60,220 nucleotides of DNA, filler included, from Sphacelaria rigidula (GCA_964200075.2; 10 parts of 10 records of this genome joined end to end with filler, not necessarily neighbours in it), one strand, 5' to 3'; positions 11,965 to 23,496 are shown, numbered from the whole stretch's first letter. Numbers and translations: made by a program. Notes: generated by a model from the letters alone, not told the origin.

Positions 11965-12064
11965 NNNNNNNNNNNNNNNNNNNNNNNNNNNNNNNNNNNN
12001 NNNNNNNNTTAATTAATTAANNNNNNNNNNNNNNNNNNNNNNNNNNNNNNNNNNNNNNNNNNNN
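11965..12064. other. Artificial linker 2
   Basis: Same 100-bp spacer. Confidence 0.99.
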
Positions 12065-12325
12065 CGGCTGGCCTCCTCTTCATTCCTGTGACATGAGGTC
12101 ATGAACCTCTCCGCTCCCTGCAGCACTCCCGCGTGCGACAGCAACTCCCCCTCCTTGTGAATTCCGAATGTCTGGCGGTTGTCGTCCGTAGAGCCGTCTG
12201 TGGCTCCGAAAGCGTGGAGATCGTCTCTCAGGCACTTAAGCCAGTTTTGTTCCGGGCACCCTGGTCCTGGATCCTATCAATTCCTTTCTTGCAGGCCACA
12301 CTTGAGGACGCTGAATTGGGGGTAG
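12065..12325 (-). mobile_element. RTE-like LINE C-terminal fragment
   Basis: Minus frame GPGCPEQNWLKCLRDDLHAFG...GVLQGAERFMTSCHRNEE is homologous to EDWICCPAEDLKAFG...VEHGAETFMVDW at 4850-4990. Confidence 0.75.
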
Positions 12326-12713
12326 TGTAGATTCATCAAATTTCCACGAAGTGCAAGCACGTTACGTATATTGACGTGAAAATCGTGTAACTCCGAATGA
12401 GTTTGTTGTACACGCCCTGTAATTGGCCGTTACGATACCGCCCCCACCAATAGGATTACAAACGGGTCACAACTGAGTTTGTCCGCATGAAACCAATCAA
12501 GAACATACATCACTTCGGAGTTTGCTCAAGGGGGAATCGTTGCCTTCGTGTATACAAAAACATATTTTTTACGTGTATTTTTCACACCCTAGACAAAATA
12601 TGGTCAATAGATACAACGGACAAAAATGTAATGGGCTTGTACTTCACCCATCAATAGTACATTTTCTGTCTTTTTCGTCCGTAAAGTGTCCAAGGCGTGG
12701 TGTTCTTACAGTC

Positions 12714-12788
12714 TCGGGTATGTCCATCGTGTTACCACGGCTGAATCCCTTGAGGATCAGTTAAGGTTCGACAGTCAATCAATCAATC
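12714..12788 (+). mobile_element. Retroposon 3' tail family C with (TCAA)n end
   Basis: GGGTATGTCCATCGTGTTACCACGGCTGAATCCCT..GGATCAGTTAA..CAATCAATCAATC; related copies at 37648, 41808, 52639 (-) and 31871 (-). Confidence 0.75.
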
Positions 12789-12825
12789 AGATGTATATCG
12801 AGAGGTGCTCGAGCAGTTGGGGGAA

Positions 12826-12948
12826 GCTCCTGTGTTGACCTTCCTCCTGTATGACCCCGGCTGATGCGCTCACATATACCGAAAGGTGTAGACTGGCGCC
12901 CAGAACATACGGGACGACAACACACACGCGCGCGCACGCACACACACG
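12826..12948 (+). mobile_element. SINE family A, 3' fragment
   Basis: TGACCCCGGCTGATGCGCTCACATATACCGAAAGGTGTAGAC followed by a (CA)-rich tail. Confidence 0.85.
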
Positions 12949-12956
12949 TCTCAGAG

Positions 12957-13830
12957 GAGAGCTAGGCGGATTCTGACACTTTGGAGTGCGTCGCTGTACT
13001 TGTTGAAACGTTTCAAGGACACCGGTATGTTTTTCCGATGGCCGCATATTTGCTTTTGGCCAAACTCGCATGTATCTCGGAGAACGCTCATTTTTCTCGG
13101 AGACCGCCCATTTTTCTCGGAGACCGGTCGAGACTCGATGAAACTTCCGCATTTCCCGGGGGACTTGATCGGTCTCCGAGAAAAATGAGCGGTTTTTCAA
13201 GAAAAGAATTTCGGTGGAGGTTTCCCTGGACTTGAGGCCGCTCCTTATGATGAGAAAAAAAAAGTCGTGTGAAACGCTTCCTTGGTCCTCATTCGTCGTT
13301 GTCCGCCCTAAACGAGAGTTACGAGGAGTTTGACACCTTGGAATGACTCGACGCAATCGTTGAGGCGGTTCCAGGACATGTTCACGTTTCGCGGTGGCCG
13401 AGGTTTTATTTTTGCCAAACACGAATTTTTGACCAGAGACGGTCAAATCCAGAGAAGAACGGCATTTTTTTCTAGATTCGATCGTTCTTGACCGATTTTG
13501 GACAAAAAATGCTTGTTTGAATAGAAGCTGCGACCACCGGAAAACGCGAAGATGTCCTGGAATTGCCTCAGCAATTAGATCAAGTCCTTCCAAGGTGTCA
13601 CACTCCGCCTGGCTGTCATTTAGGACGTGAAACGACGAAGAGAGACCACAAAAGCGTTTTTACAGGACTTTTGTTTGTCATGAGAAGCGACCTGACCGGT
13701 CTCCGTTGAAATGAACGGTATCCGAAGAATATTTTTGACCGAGGGGAAAACTGCGGCCACCGGAAAAACACAGGTGTGCTGAAATCGTCTCGGCAAGTAC
13801 AGCAAGGCATCTCCCTTGGGGCGTAAAGCG
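12957..13830. mobile_element. Modular or nested non-autonomous TIR element(s)
   Basis: GAGAGCTAGGCGGATTCTGACACTTTGGA (12957) is inverted to TCCAAGGTGTCACACTCCGCCTGGCTGTC (ending 13617); an ~85-bp module occurs forward at ~12975 and ~13331 and reversed at ~13510-13600 and ~13735-13815; same family at 30569-30900. Confidence 0.7.
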
Positions 13831-14414
13831 TAGCGCAGAAGCCCCAAAAAGACAGTTTGCGAGATTTGTATATTGTTTTGCCATAGGAAGCGGCCTGTGA
13901 TACGTAGCTATTACAACGCGATTTGTAAAAAGAGGAAGCTGATTTAAGATTTAATTGCAAGGCGTTAATCGCCGCCTGATATGCGGGTCCTATCAACCCT
14001 TTGACCGCGATGGTAGGTCACCTGCTGAATCGGCATCAATTTCGATTGAAGAAGTGTGCGTAATCCAGATAGACTACCCGCAACACGATATAAGGGTTAA
14101 AAGACAGTCACTAACAATGATGTATTGGTACAACTGTCATTTATAGTACATACTCACCATTTCACCCAAACGGTTCATTATTCGTTTTCACACACGAGAT
14201 AAGCCGAAATACCCCCCCCTCCCTCCCAATAAAGTGGTTGGTTCGAGGAGGCAAGATCTGCATGTGAGTCAAGATAACACAAGCCGAACACATCGAGCAG
14301 CTAGGAAGTCAAGCGCTTGGGATTGTTGTCGCCAATCGCCCATATGAGGGGTTTTCTGCAGTCTGGAACCAGCTGTCATGCGCTCGGTGTAGGCACTATC
14401 TTGGGGGATGGTTT

Positions 14415-14672
14415 CAAGGATCGGACAAATCAATGATCAGTCTGGGAATTACTCGGTTTTCGTGTCATCGATTCGAATCGTACGAATCAATCCCTGGGCG
14501 TTGTTTTCAGCGTTGCAACCCAGGTACACGCAGCCCGGATACGTGGAATGGCGCAAAAGTTGCGGGGATACCCTCTCGACCAGCGGTCAATTTTTTTCTC
14601 TCTTCTGAGCAATCAGGCCTAAGGAATCGTGGATTTGGTGATTCGAACCCGTGATGATTTGTCCGAACCGTG
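14415..14672 (+). mobile_element. Left half of the CAAGGGTCGGAC MITE family
   Basis: Colinear with 16941-17195. Confidence 0.8.
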
Positions 14673-14848
14673 GATAGTTTGGGGTGGGGGGGCGAGGGAG
14701 GTGGGAGGGGGGGGGACTATCGCGGCATCACTCATACGTGTACATGTCGCTACAGTAACATTTTCCGCACGCATGTGGTCTCGCCGCACGGTCATGCACG
14801 CTGACATTTACAATTTTACAAACCTAGCGCATATCGTGAAGTCGTTCT

Positions 14849-15110
14849 AGTCTACACCTTCCGGTATATGTTGGCGCATGAGCCGGGGTCACACGAGAGG
14901 AAGTTGGACACAGGAGTTTGTCATGTTTTCATTTTATTTTATGAGTACTCCACCGTCCTTCTGCGCTGCTGGCCTTTCTTTTCATCGCGACAACATGGGT
15001 TTCAGCGGTCCCTTTCCCTCGTCGACCGCGGAGTCGAATTTATGTACCCACTACATGGTCTCTCCACTGTCGGGCATGATGTGAGGGAAAATCCCCAATC
15101 GTGTGACTTC
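14849..15110 (-). mobile_element. SINE family A, internal fragment
   Basis: Colinear with 1096-1345. Confidence 0.85.
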
Positions 15111-15384
15111 ACCACACGCTGGACAGTGCTTGTTCAAAAGACGCAACCAGTAGACAAAAAATGTACAGGATGAAGTGTCAAAAAGAGTATAGCAAGACAT
15201 TCCGGGGTTTGAGCACCCGCCTATTATAGTCCTATTTGAGGGCGTTAAAAGACGCAGAAACACCAAAAAAGCAGTTTTAACACATATTCCCTCCTTTCTG
15301 TTTGCCTTAAGGAGCAGCCCTCCGCCGAAATAAGAAACATGAGTATATGTGAGTGCCCGCATACAACAATCATGTGTTGTACTT

Positions 15385-15580
15385 GATGGTCGTCGAGGAA
15401 AAGCGACTGCTAAATCTCTTTCGCGATAAAAAATAAAAGGAAGCACCGCAGAAGGAAGGTGGAGAACTCAAACAAAACAAGAGAAAATAACTCCTCTTAT
15501 GTCCATCTTCCTGTGTGACCCCGGCTGGTGCGCCCACATGTACCGAAAGGTGTAGACCGGCGCCCAGAATAGATGGGACA
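15385..15580 (+). mobile_element. SINE family A, 3' fragment
   Basis: Reverse complement is colinear with 1080-1270. Confidence 0.85.
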
Positions 15581-16939
15581 GCGACTCTGCTTTTATGGAT
15601 TTTCTCCATGTCGGGTGGACTATCCGCCGTGAAACTTGGCGCACCCGTCAGACACAACAATACATGGGCAGCCTGTGCACCAATCGTCGGCACATTCGGG
15701 CCGTGCTCAAAATGAGCGCATCAACTAGCATTTTTGGGCAATACCGCTCTCTAAACGGCTTTCCCGCAACACAGAACCCGTGCACCGTGAGAGAATGCAT
15801 ATCTGGACACGCGGGTGTTCTACCTCCAACATCATGGGCAGCTAGTCGGGAGGCTGTTGCGCTGGCAAATACCATCGATCTGTACTGGGACACCTTTCGG
15901 ACAACGATAACCTACACAAAACTCGGTCACGTGCTCAGTTCGCCGGGTACCGAAACAACATCGATATGTACTGTGGCGCCCGGTGAACGATGATCACATC
16001 AACAAATTTCAGTCACATCTGCTCAGTTCGTAAGGTACGGCCGTACGCGTGCTGTAGGCTCCGCAACGCACTGAAACTTCGGCGACACGTCGTCTCGAGC
16101 ACTGTCAAACATCACATTTCGCTGAATCTGGGGTTGAGCGCTGCAGCAGTGCGCAACGGGATGGAAAGAGGTCAGGGTTCGTTCCGATTTTTCCCTCCGT
16201 TGTTTTGGACTTTGACTAACTCTGGTGGTTTAAAAAAAACTGTGGTCCACGTCCTTCTCCCGACGCACACTGGTCACTCTGTACTGTACTTGGCTGGACG
16301 GGATCGCTCCAAAACTCACCAACAGTTTCGCACACCCATTTTCCCTAGGCTATCTTAGCTCCCTCTCAACCCTGAGCATCACACCAGCTGGCCCTCGAAC
16401 ATTCGAAGGGCTGAAGTCGATGTATTACCCCCTTCCCATTTCCGCTAGAGTTCTGACCTCATGTCTGAACACTATTACCGGTAAACCCTTTGGTGTCGGT
16501 ACACTGACGCTGAAGCCGAGCAACTTGTCGCTTGTCGGCGTGTAGCAAGCACCCTTGATACCAAAATAATTTGAGCCTCCACGTATACATGTTTTGCTAT
16601 GAGCGCGTCGCTACAACAGTTCAATCCCTGAAAAGAAATGGATCGCGCTATAAATCTCATGCTGTTTTGCCCGTCGGATGCTTGTGCGATGCTGTTCTGA
16701 TCCTGTGCGATGTGTGCTGCAATCCAGGTGTTGGTGATCCTGGCCGTCACGCATCTTTTGTGCTGCCGAACATGGCCACCATACGTGGTGAAGAACGTTT
16801 CGTTAGGTGGGTTGAATCTCGCGAGGATTGGACGAATCATCCCTGTTGAGAATCACAAATACCTATGATTTTTTAGGCCTGGTAGCTCGAAGTGGATGAA
16901 AACCTAAATCGCGTGTCTAAAGAGTCTCTACACAATTCA

Positions 16940-17426
16940 CCAAGGGTCGGACGAATCAATGAATCGTCCGGAAATTACTTGGTTTTAGTGCGATTGATTC
17001 GTACCGTACAAATCAACCGTTGGGGTTTGTTTTCAGCGTTGCAGCCCAGGTACGCGAAGCCCAGGCACGTGGATGGCCCAAAATTGCATGGAGACCTTTT
17101 TTAACAGCAATCATTTTTTTCTTCTCCTTCAAGCAACCAGGCTTGAAAATCGTGGATTCGGTGATTCGAACCTGCGATGGTTCGTCCGAACCCTGCAATT
17201 CTTGCGCTATTCCACGCGTCTGGGGTGCGTGTACCCGGGGTACAGCCCTGAAGAACAACCGCGGTTCGGACGAATCCTTGCCGGTTCGAATCACCAAATG
17301 CACGATCCCTCAGGCCTGATTTTCGGAAGAGGGAAAAAAAAGTCAAAGAATTGATTCGTACGGTACGAATCAATTACACCAGAATCAAGTAATTTTCAGA
17401 TGAATCGTTACCTGTCCGACCCTTGG
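16940..17426. mobile_element. Complete MITE with 13-bp perfect TIR CCAAGGGTCGGAC and internal palindromes
   Basis: TIRs at 16940-16952 and 17414-17426; internal inverted modules (TTGATTCGTACCGTAC, GGTGATTCGAACC, GTCCGAACC); further copies at 14415 and 42062; no TSD seen. Confidence 0.85.
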
Positions 17427-17811
17427 GATGTTTTTCCCAACGATACGCCGCAATTTTGGCTCCCAGGCATGGCGGTTTCTCGCGCGGCTGCTTTGTCCCC
17501 CACGGGCACTGTTGCTCTGCACGTGAAGTGCTTCGTCGGCATCACGGACGTTGTGCCCCGAAATGGTTTCACAGTGGTACCACATCCACTTAAGTTACGT
17601 TCGTCGACATGAGCCAGTACGAGTCCTTCGCGGTTTGGCTTCCTCACGCCACGTCACGCGACTCGCGCAAATCAAACCGCGTTCCATGGCGATGATGCAC
17701 TCCTTAGACCCACTTTTGTGGCAAGCACGAATCTTGATTTTTTCAAAATCGGGGGGACAAAAAATCGGGAAACGCATTTTATGGACACGGATTTACACCA
17801 AGTCGGGGCCG

Positions 17812-17911
17812 AAAAAATCGGGGGAGTCACGATTTCGGAACGGTTTTCCCCGATTCTTCCCCCCAAATCGGGGGAAAAACCGTTCCGAAATCGTGACTCC
17901 CCCGATTTTTT
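17812..17911. repeat. Near-perfect hairpin, ~44-bp arms, ~10-nt loop
   Basis: AAAAAATCGGGGGAGTCACGATTTCGGAACGGTTTTCCCCGATT pairs with AATCGGGGGAAAAACCGTTCCGAAATCGTGACTCCCCCGATTTTTT. Confidence 0.92.
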
Positions 17912-17996
17912 GAGGTGACGTACGTGCATTGACGTACACTCCCAGAGTACGAGGCGTTTGATATTTTTGCAACGGCAGCAGAAGACAGTCTCGTGA

Positions 17997-18096
17997 NNNN
18001 NNNNNNNNNNNNNNNNNNNNNNNNNNNNNNNNNNNNNNNNTTAATTAATTAANNNNNNNNNNNNNNNNNNNNNNNNNNNNNNNNNNNNNNNNNNNN
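17997..18096. other. Artificial linker 3
   Basis: Same 100-bp spacer. Confidence 0.99.
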
Positions 18097-18336
18097 CTCA
18101 GAAAAAAGGACGACTACAAATTTTGAAAACTTCTGACGCTGACTACTATAATAGTCTGTTGTTTTTCATGTTCCCCATTTCCTGTTTGAGGCAAAGCACG
18201 TTTCAATATTTTCGGTAGAGGGCATGGCGAAGGAGAAAATGTGCTGCAGCTGGAATAGTTGATAAGCATAGCGCTGCAGTCTGTCGCTTTTCATCATTTT
18301 TTAGGCGTCGGTTGTTTTGCTGATTGTCGGTGATAG

Positions 18337-18462
18337 GTATGACGTACGGGAAGGAGTGGTGCAGCCCGAAAGACTCGTGGTGATGACTTCGACCGAACTC
18401 ATGGCGAAGGACAAGCGGGAAGCCATGGACAAGGCCGTCCACGACAGAACCGAAGCACGAAT
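18337..18462 (+). CDS. TFIIS: Transcription elongation factor TFIIS, internal exon (end of central domain)
   Basis: tgatag|G TAT...CGA AT|gtgaga; encodes YDVREGVVQPERLVVMTSTELMAKDKREAMDKAVHDRTEAR; phase matches the next exon. Confidence 0.88.
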
Positions 18463-19107
18463 GTGAGATATGTACACGCGTCAAACTTGTGTAGAATAGT
18501 GTCATTTGCGAGTATCGAGTGGATTGTTTCCGTTGGCTACATCCGCTCTTGTTTCTTGTGCTTCAGATATCGCATACCACTTATGATTGCGTCATCACTT
18601 GGTCGTCATGTCTTGGAGGCAAAATATGGGATGCAAGAGGCGAGTTGTGAATCCTGATTTGAGCGTACCTGCAGCCTGAGGTTCGACCGTTCTTTATCTC
18701 TCTTTTCAAAGTAACAGTATGCATAAGGGTGAAGGACATCGCCGCAGTAGCTGATTTCGCCCAATTGTGTTGTAATTGCGCACCTTCTAGTTGCTGCTCC
18801 GTTGGATCGGACATGCAAAGATTTCGACAGTCTTTTCCGCTAGTGGGCAGTGGGTGGTGGGTAGTCGGGATGTACCCTATTCGCGGGTCGAGTGTGCATA
18901 AAAGATTGTGACGGCCACGAGAGCCTCGAAAACCTATCCTCAACAAACCCCAATTTCAAATATTGTTCTTACACGTATCTTAGCATCATTGTGCTTCATT
19001 ATTTCCTGTCTTTTTGGGGTTTTTGACGCCCCTTGCTTGTGTGTGACTTGCAATCCTTTTCTTTGAAATTTCTCTCGTGCCTCCACTTGTTTTTTTCTGT
19101 GTGATAG

Positions 19108-19171
19108 GTTGGATTGGGCGGAGAAAAACGTGGACAAAATCAACAAACAGTGCGGCATCAAGGAAACTGAG
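19108..19171 (+). CDS. TFIIS: TFIIS internal exon (linker)
   Basis: tgatag|G TTG...GAG|gtacgc; encodes (M)LDWAEKNVDKINKQCGIKETE and joins both neighbours in frame. Confidence 0.88.
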
Positions 19172-19465
19172 GTACGCCGATCGCGACAACAAAGGGTAGG
19201 GTAGTTGCCGTTGCGTGCAGGTTAAATTGCCATTCGGATGCGTGCCGCATACATCAGCTTTCATCGGAATGTCATATCGAAAACTTACGTGAACGTAACG
19301 GGAGTTACAAAATTGATGCGGGCTTTCCTGCCAGACGGCGTTGCTGGGCTCACTTTGAGCTTGTCAATGTACGAAAACGGTCGCCTCGGGATCGTTGCAC
19401 GCCCTAAAGTTCCCTCTGTATTCGTCAACGAGTCCGGTAGTTTGTCGTTGTCGAACGCAGTTGCC

Positions 19466-19800
19466 GCCGCGCCCGATGGTTTAAATTAAGGAGTAGAGAG
19501 GGCCATATCGAAACCGGATATAGGGTGGAGTAAAGGTTTCAATTCCCCCCCAAATAAAACTTTCTGTTTTTGAATCTTACGAGTGTCTGATTTCCGTTCT
19601 CGTAAAGGTGAAAACTTGAGAAGGTGAGCAGCATCTTTCTTCTTTTCAAAATGGAAATCGACAGGGTGCGGGTACCAATTGAATGCGCGATGCCAAAATG
19701 TCAGGGGTGCACTCGGGGAGAAAAGGGAGGTGGTCCTCCCTGAGACTGCGGACTCGTCCTAAGGAAGGGGAGGGGTCGAAACCATGACGGAAACGAAAAG
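19466..19800 (+). mobile_element. Diverged SINE family B-related copy in TFIIS intron
   Basis: Starts GCCGCGCCCGATGG, has a degenerate B box GGTTTCAATTCC, and ends GAGACTGCGGACTCGTCCTAAGGAAGGGGAGGGGTCGAAACCATGAC. Confidence 0.55.
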
Positions 19801-19825
19801 TAGAATCCTTGTTGGGCGATTGTCA

Positions 19826-20121
19826 TTTTGTTCTTGTCACGGTTCCAACCCTTCCCCTTCCTCGAGAGGAGTCTGTGGTCCCAAGGGATCAATCCATGTC
19901 CTGGTACAGTACACGCCTTGCAATTCGGTATCGTAGAGTGGGTCATCACCCCCGCACCGGGTCGCCTCTCGTCAAGTGAAGTCCTCCCGATTCTCACATT
20001 TTATGCTTTGCAACGACGAGCATCAGACAAGTTTCAGAAAAACCCAATTGCTTTCGTCGGGAATTAAAACCGTACTTGTACCGCAGTTACACTTCTGACT
20101 CCACTTATACCATGAGACCGC
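19826..20121 (-). mobile_element. SINE family B-related copy in TFIIS intron
   Basis: 3' part CCCTTCCCCTTCCTCGAGAGGAGTCTGTGGTCCCAAGGGATCAA...TACACGCCTTGCA is colinear with 2517-2645. Confidence 0.75.
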
Positions 20122-20674
20122 AGTTGCACTATTATAGTGCGAAGCACGAACAACGTTTGACCTCAATAGCCGCCACGTTACGATGATGGGTTTTCTACTG
20201 AAAATACTTGACGCCTATGATACCCACAGGGGGAGAACTGGGTGTGCCCGCTGTGTGACTATACAGGAAATGTTGCGGTTTGGGGTCCGACAGTCGGGCG
20301 GGCCACCCCTATAGTGCCCAGCTAGAAAAATGCACATGGTGATATCCATGTTGGTATCGATAGTTTGGTGCAGGCAACTCCATTCGTGATTGAAGAGCTG
20401 TGAGATGGAGACACTTGAGCGGGTGGACATCGGGACAAGACGGCACACGACACCCAATTATAATACGACGTACAGCAGAACGCTGATGAAGTAATGTTGT
20501 CTCGAATCACATCGCGCACTCATGTGCTGCGCTAGCGATGTTTTTGCATAGCTCTGTTCCGCACCAAGGAATGTTTTGGAGCATCGCGCACCTTCGTCTC
20601 TCCTGACTGAATCCGGCGGCGTTTGCTACTGTGTGCCCATTTGTTTTTCGCGTTCTAAATGGTCCGTGTTTCAG

Positions 20675-20806
20675 GGTATGTTCGAGTGCGGGCGATGCAA
20701 GTCGACGAAAACGACCTACACGCAAAAGCAAACGAGGTCTGCAGATGAACCTATGACGACCTTCGTGACGTGTTCCAACTGCAACAACCGCTGGAAGTTC
20801 TGCTGA
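20675..20806 (+). CDS. TFIIS: TFIIS terminal exon, C-terminal zinc ribbon
   Basis: tttcag|[13 protein letters not shown]...[25 protein letters not shown] with CxxC..CxxC and the invariant RSADEP acidic hairpin. Confidence 0.97.
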   Translation, partial: GMFECGRCKSTKTTYTQKQTRSADEPMTTFVTCSNCNNRWKFC

Positions 20807-21545
20807 TGTACTTACTCACTGCATGTGTCTTTTTCACAGGCGCGAACGCAGACAATTACTCGAACAATCTATAGCCACGTTGTTCCATTGGTTTTCTCTG
20901 TTTTTTCTTGTTCAAGTTGTTCTCATGACCACCACAGATATCCGCGTTTTGCCAACAAAGCGCCCGCTGACCAGAATGTGCGGAAATCAAAACCTGACTG
21001 TTGAGGTCCTACGGGTTTTACCGTCTTGGGCGAAGGAGGGTGCTTATATAGTATCTGTGTGTTGCAATAATTTCTTCTGAGATGGGTCGCAGACATCATA
21101 GTAGTACTCACGTCATTTCGCTGAAGAACACAAAGGAGTCACTTTTAAGGCACTGGGAAGTTTGAGCAGCACTTTGTTCCACGGTCTTTTTAGGACACTT
21201 TGGTATGGCTAGTTTGGTGTAGTGATCAGAATTAGGCGTTCGGCGAAGATTTAGCTCCAGCAGGGATGTTCCGGGGCTAAATATAATCATGTATGCAGTT
21301 ATAGATGGGTTGGAATGGGGGCATACACACCGTGTGTCAGCTTCCTTTCCGAGCAAAGGCAAAGGTGTTTCATGGTTTTTGCTGTTGCGCTATTGAGTAC
21401 CGTCCAAGGTTGCCATTTGAAACGCCGCGTGTGGCTCCACTGTGTGCAGTGCTCCGGCTACCCTTCTATGGTGGTCAACATTATTTCTGTGAGTGTGTGC
21501 GGTAGAAATGCCACCTCGTGGTGGGTGTTGCGATTGGAGGTCACC

Positions 21546-21683
21546 AAAGGGGGACTCGCGACCTGTACCCATTCCGAACCATAGCCCACGAATGGAGATG
21601 TGCCCGCAGTCACCAAGTCGAGGGGGATAGGGATGGGGACGAGATAAGGCCACTGAGCCATGAGAAACTTGCGAGTCCCCTTG
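21546..21683. mobile_element. Small candidate MITE
   Basis: AAGGGGGACTCGCGA ... TTGCGAGTCCCCTTG imperfect terminal inverted repeats; no TSD. Confidence 0.4.
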
Positions 21684-23094
21684 ACTCAACGGATTCCTTG
21701 GGATACCACGCTGACATGCCTCGAGTTCTAGCCTTTATGAAGCCAACAAATGTGTGCGTAAAGAATTCTCCGTTGCAAGTTGAAAGGTGCAAGCATAGCA
21801 GAGTGTAAGTATCATTGCATGGGGGGGTGGCTGTAGCGCTGTACGCTCATCAAGTGCTCCACACGGTTGATCAAGTAGTGAAGACTTGCAGGTGAACATC
21901 TTACTGTTTTGACGAGCACCTGCATCAAGAACGCCTTTCTTCTCGTTGGTTGTTCCAGTGAACGAGTGCTCTTTATTTCTGCAAGTCAGGCCCTTGGCCG
22001 TTAGAACTTCAAAACGGCGTCGGTGTCGTAGCCCCAGAATGAATTTGGAAGCATCGCTCAACTCGGTACCACCCCACAGGAGAACAACACCACACTGCAG
22101 ACGAGCGCGAAACATATCTGGGCAGGAATTTGCTGCTGCACGGGTCAGGCGCCAACCGTTTTTAGTCGTGTGCCACGATATCCGTTCAAGAGGGCAAGAA
22201 TAGTGCAGAGATCGACTAAAACGAGTTGCAGCCACCGACATGACAAATTGTAGACCTAAGTTGCGCCAGGGGAAAACATGTTACTTTATATTCGATGTGT
22301 TCCATGTTTCTTGGCTTTGTGTTATACTTATTCTTCTGAGCGGTATCGTTGGTGTTTGGGTTTCCGTCCTACATATTTGGCGATAGAAGTGTGTATTGAG
22401 CTCCAAATTCTGCAGGTTATGATATATTCCAATATGACGAAGTGAAGTTGCTTTCTGCTGCGGGTAGAAGTTCGACTAACTAATTTTTTGCGACTCCGTT
22501 TTTGCGACCTGATCTCTGCGACTCGATTCTTGCGACATTTTCATGCTAGACCTTTCCACTCTGAAACCCCTATCGATCTCGTTTTTCGGGAGATAGCTTT
22601 GTCAAACAGACACCAAACGCATTTTGCTCCAAGGGGCACGTGGACACGCAGCAGTTGCTGCTGCCTACCTAGTATCATCCTCCAAATCGAAGTCTTGAGT
22701 GAGAAACCCCAGCGTTTGGTACCTTGTACAAGGATGATCTACATCCTGTATAGTGCTCTGAAACGTACCCGAAAAGGGGGCAACGCCCCCGTACAGGCAG
22801 TAGCAATGCTAGCGGATCATACGTCCTGACAGTTTGGCAGCCGGCAAGGTGGTTACGGCAGCCGGCAAGGTGGTTATGATAGTGTCCTTCTAGCGATTTC
22901 AACTTACAGTGCACTGTAGCAGAGTTTGCAGGTGAATATTTTGGCGATTGCCACACGTGCACTTCGCCCAGATGTTGTGGCGTTTTTCACGATATCACCG
23001 AGTAACATTAAATACAGTTACATGTAGAAATGTACCAGACCCTCCGTTACACTAAAAGTGGAGATGTACCAGACCCTGCAGTGTATATGGAGAT

Positions 23095-23344
23095 GACACT
23101 TTCTACGATAGCCCCCCTCCAAAACGTGCATGGTTTTGGGAGGTGGCATCTTCACGTAAATCGAAATGGGAAAAGCCGAGCACGACGAGAAGCTGGGAAT
23201 CCCCACGCTTGGGTTCGTTCTGGCCAATGTCGCAAATATGAGGCGCTTCATGCAGCCTGAAGCCGAACATCAGGCGCTGTATGGCCATTTTTTTCCTGAC
23301 ACTTTTAGCTGGTTTTGGGGGGGGGGGCTATCGTAGAAAGTGTC
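23095..23344. mobile_element. MITE with ~30-bp inverted repeats
   Basis: GACACTTTCTACGATAGCCCCCCTCCAAAAC pairs with GTTTTGGGG...GGGCTATCGTAGAAAGTGTC. Confidence 0.75.
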
Positions 23345-23421
23345 GAATGTACTCAACCGTGGACAAAAGATTTCTACAGTCAGCACGAGCACGATGCGGA
23401 ACGTGTACTGCGCAAAGTCAG

Positions 23422-23496
23422 TGTGTTGTGTGTGTTGTCGTCCCATCTATTCTGGACGCCAGTCTCCACCTTTCGGTATATGTGGGCGCACCAGCC
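23422..23496 (-). mobile_element. SINE family A, 3' tail fragment
   Basis: TGTGTTGTCGTCCCATCTATTCTGGACGCCAGTCTCCACCTTTCGGTATATGTGGGCGCACCAGCC. Confidence 0.85.

Noticed and set aside
21850..21960. SWIM-finger-like KMFTCKSSLLDQPCGAL on the minus strand (possible MULE relic)
   Set aside because: Only two of four ligands present and no supporting transposase motifs recognised
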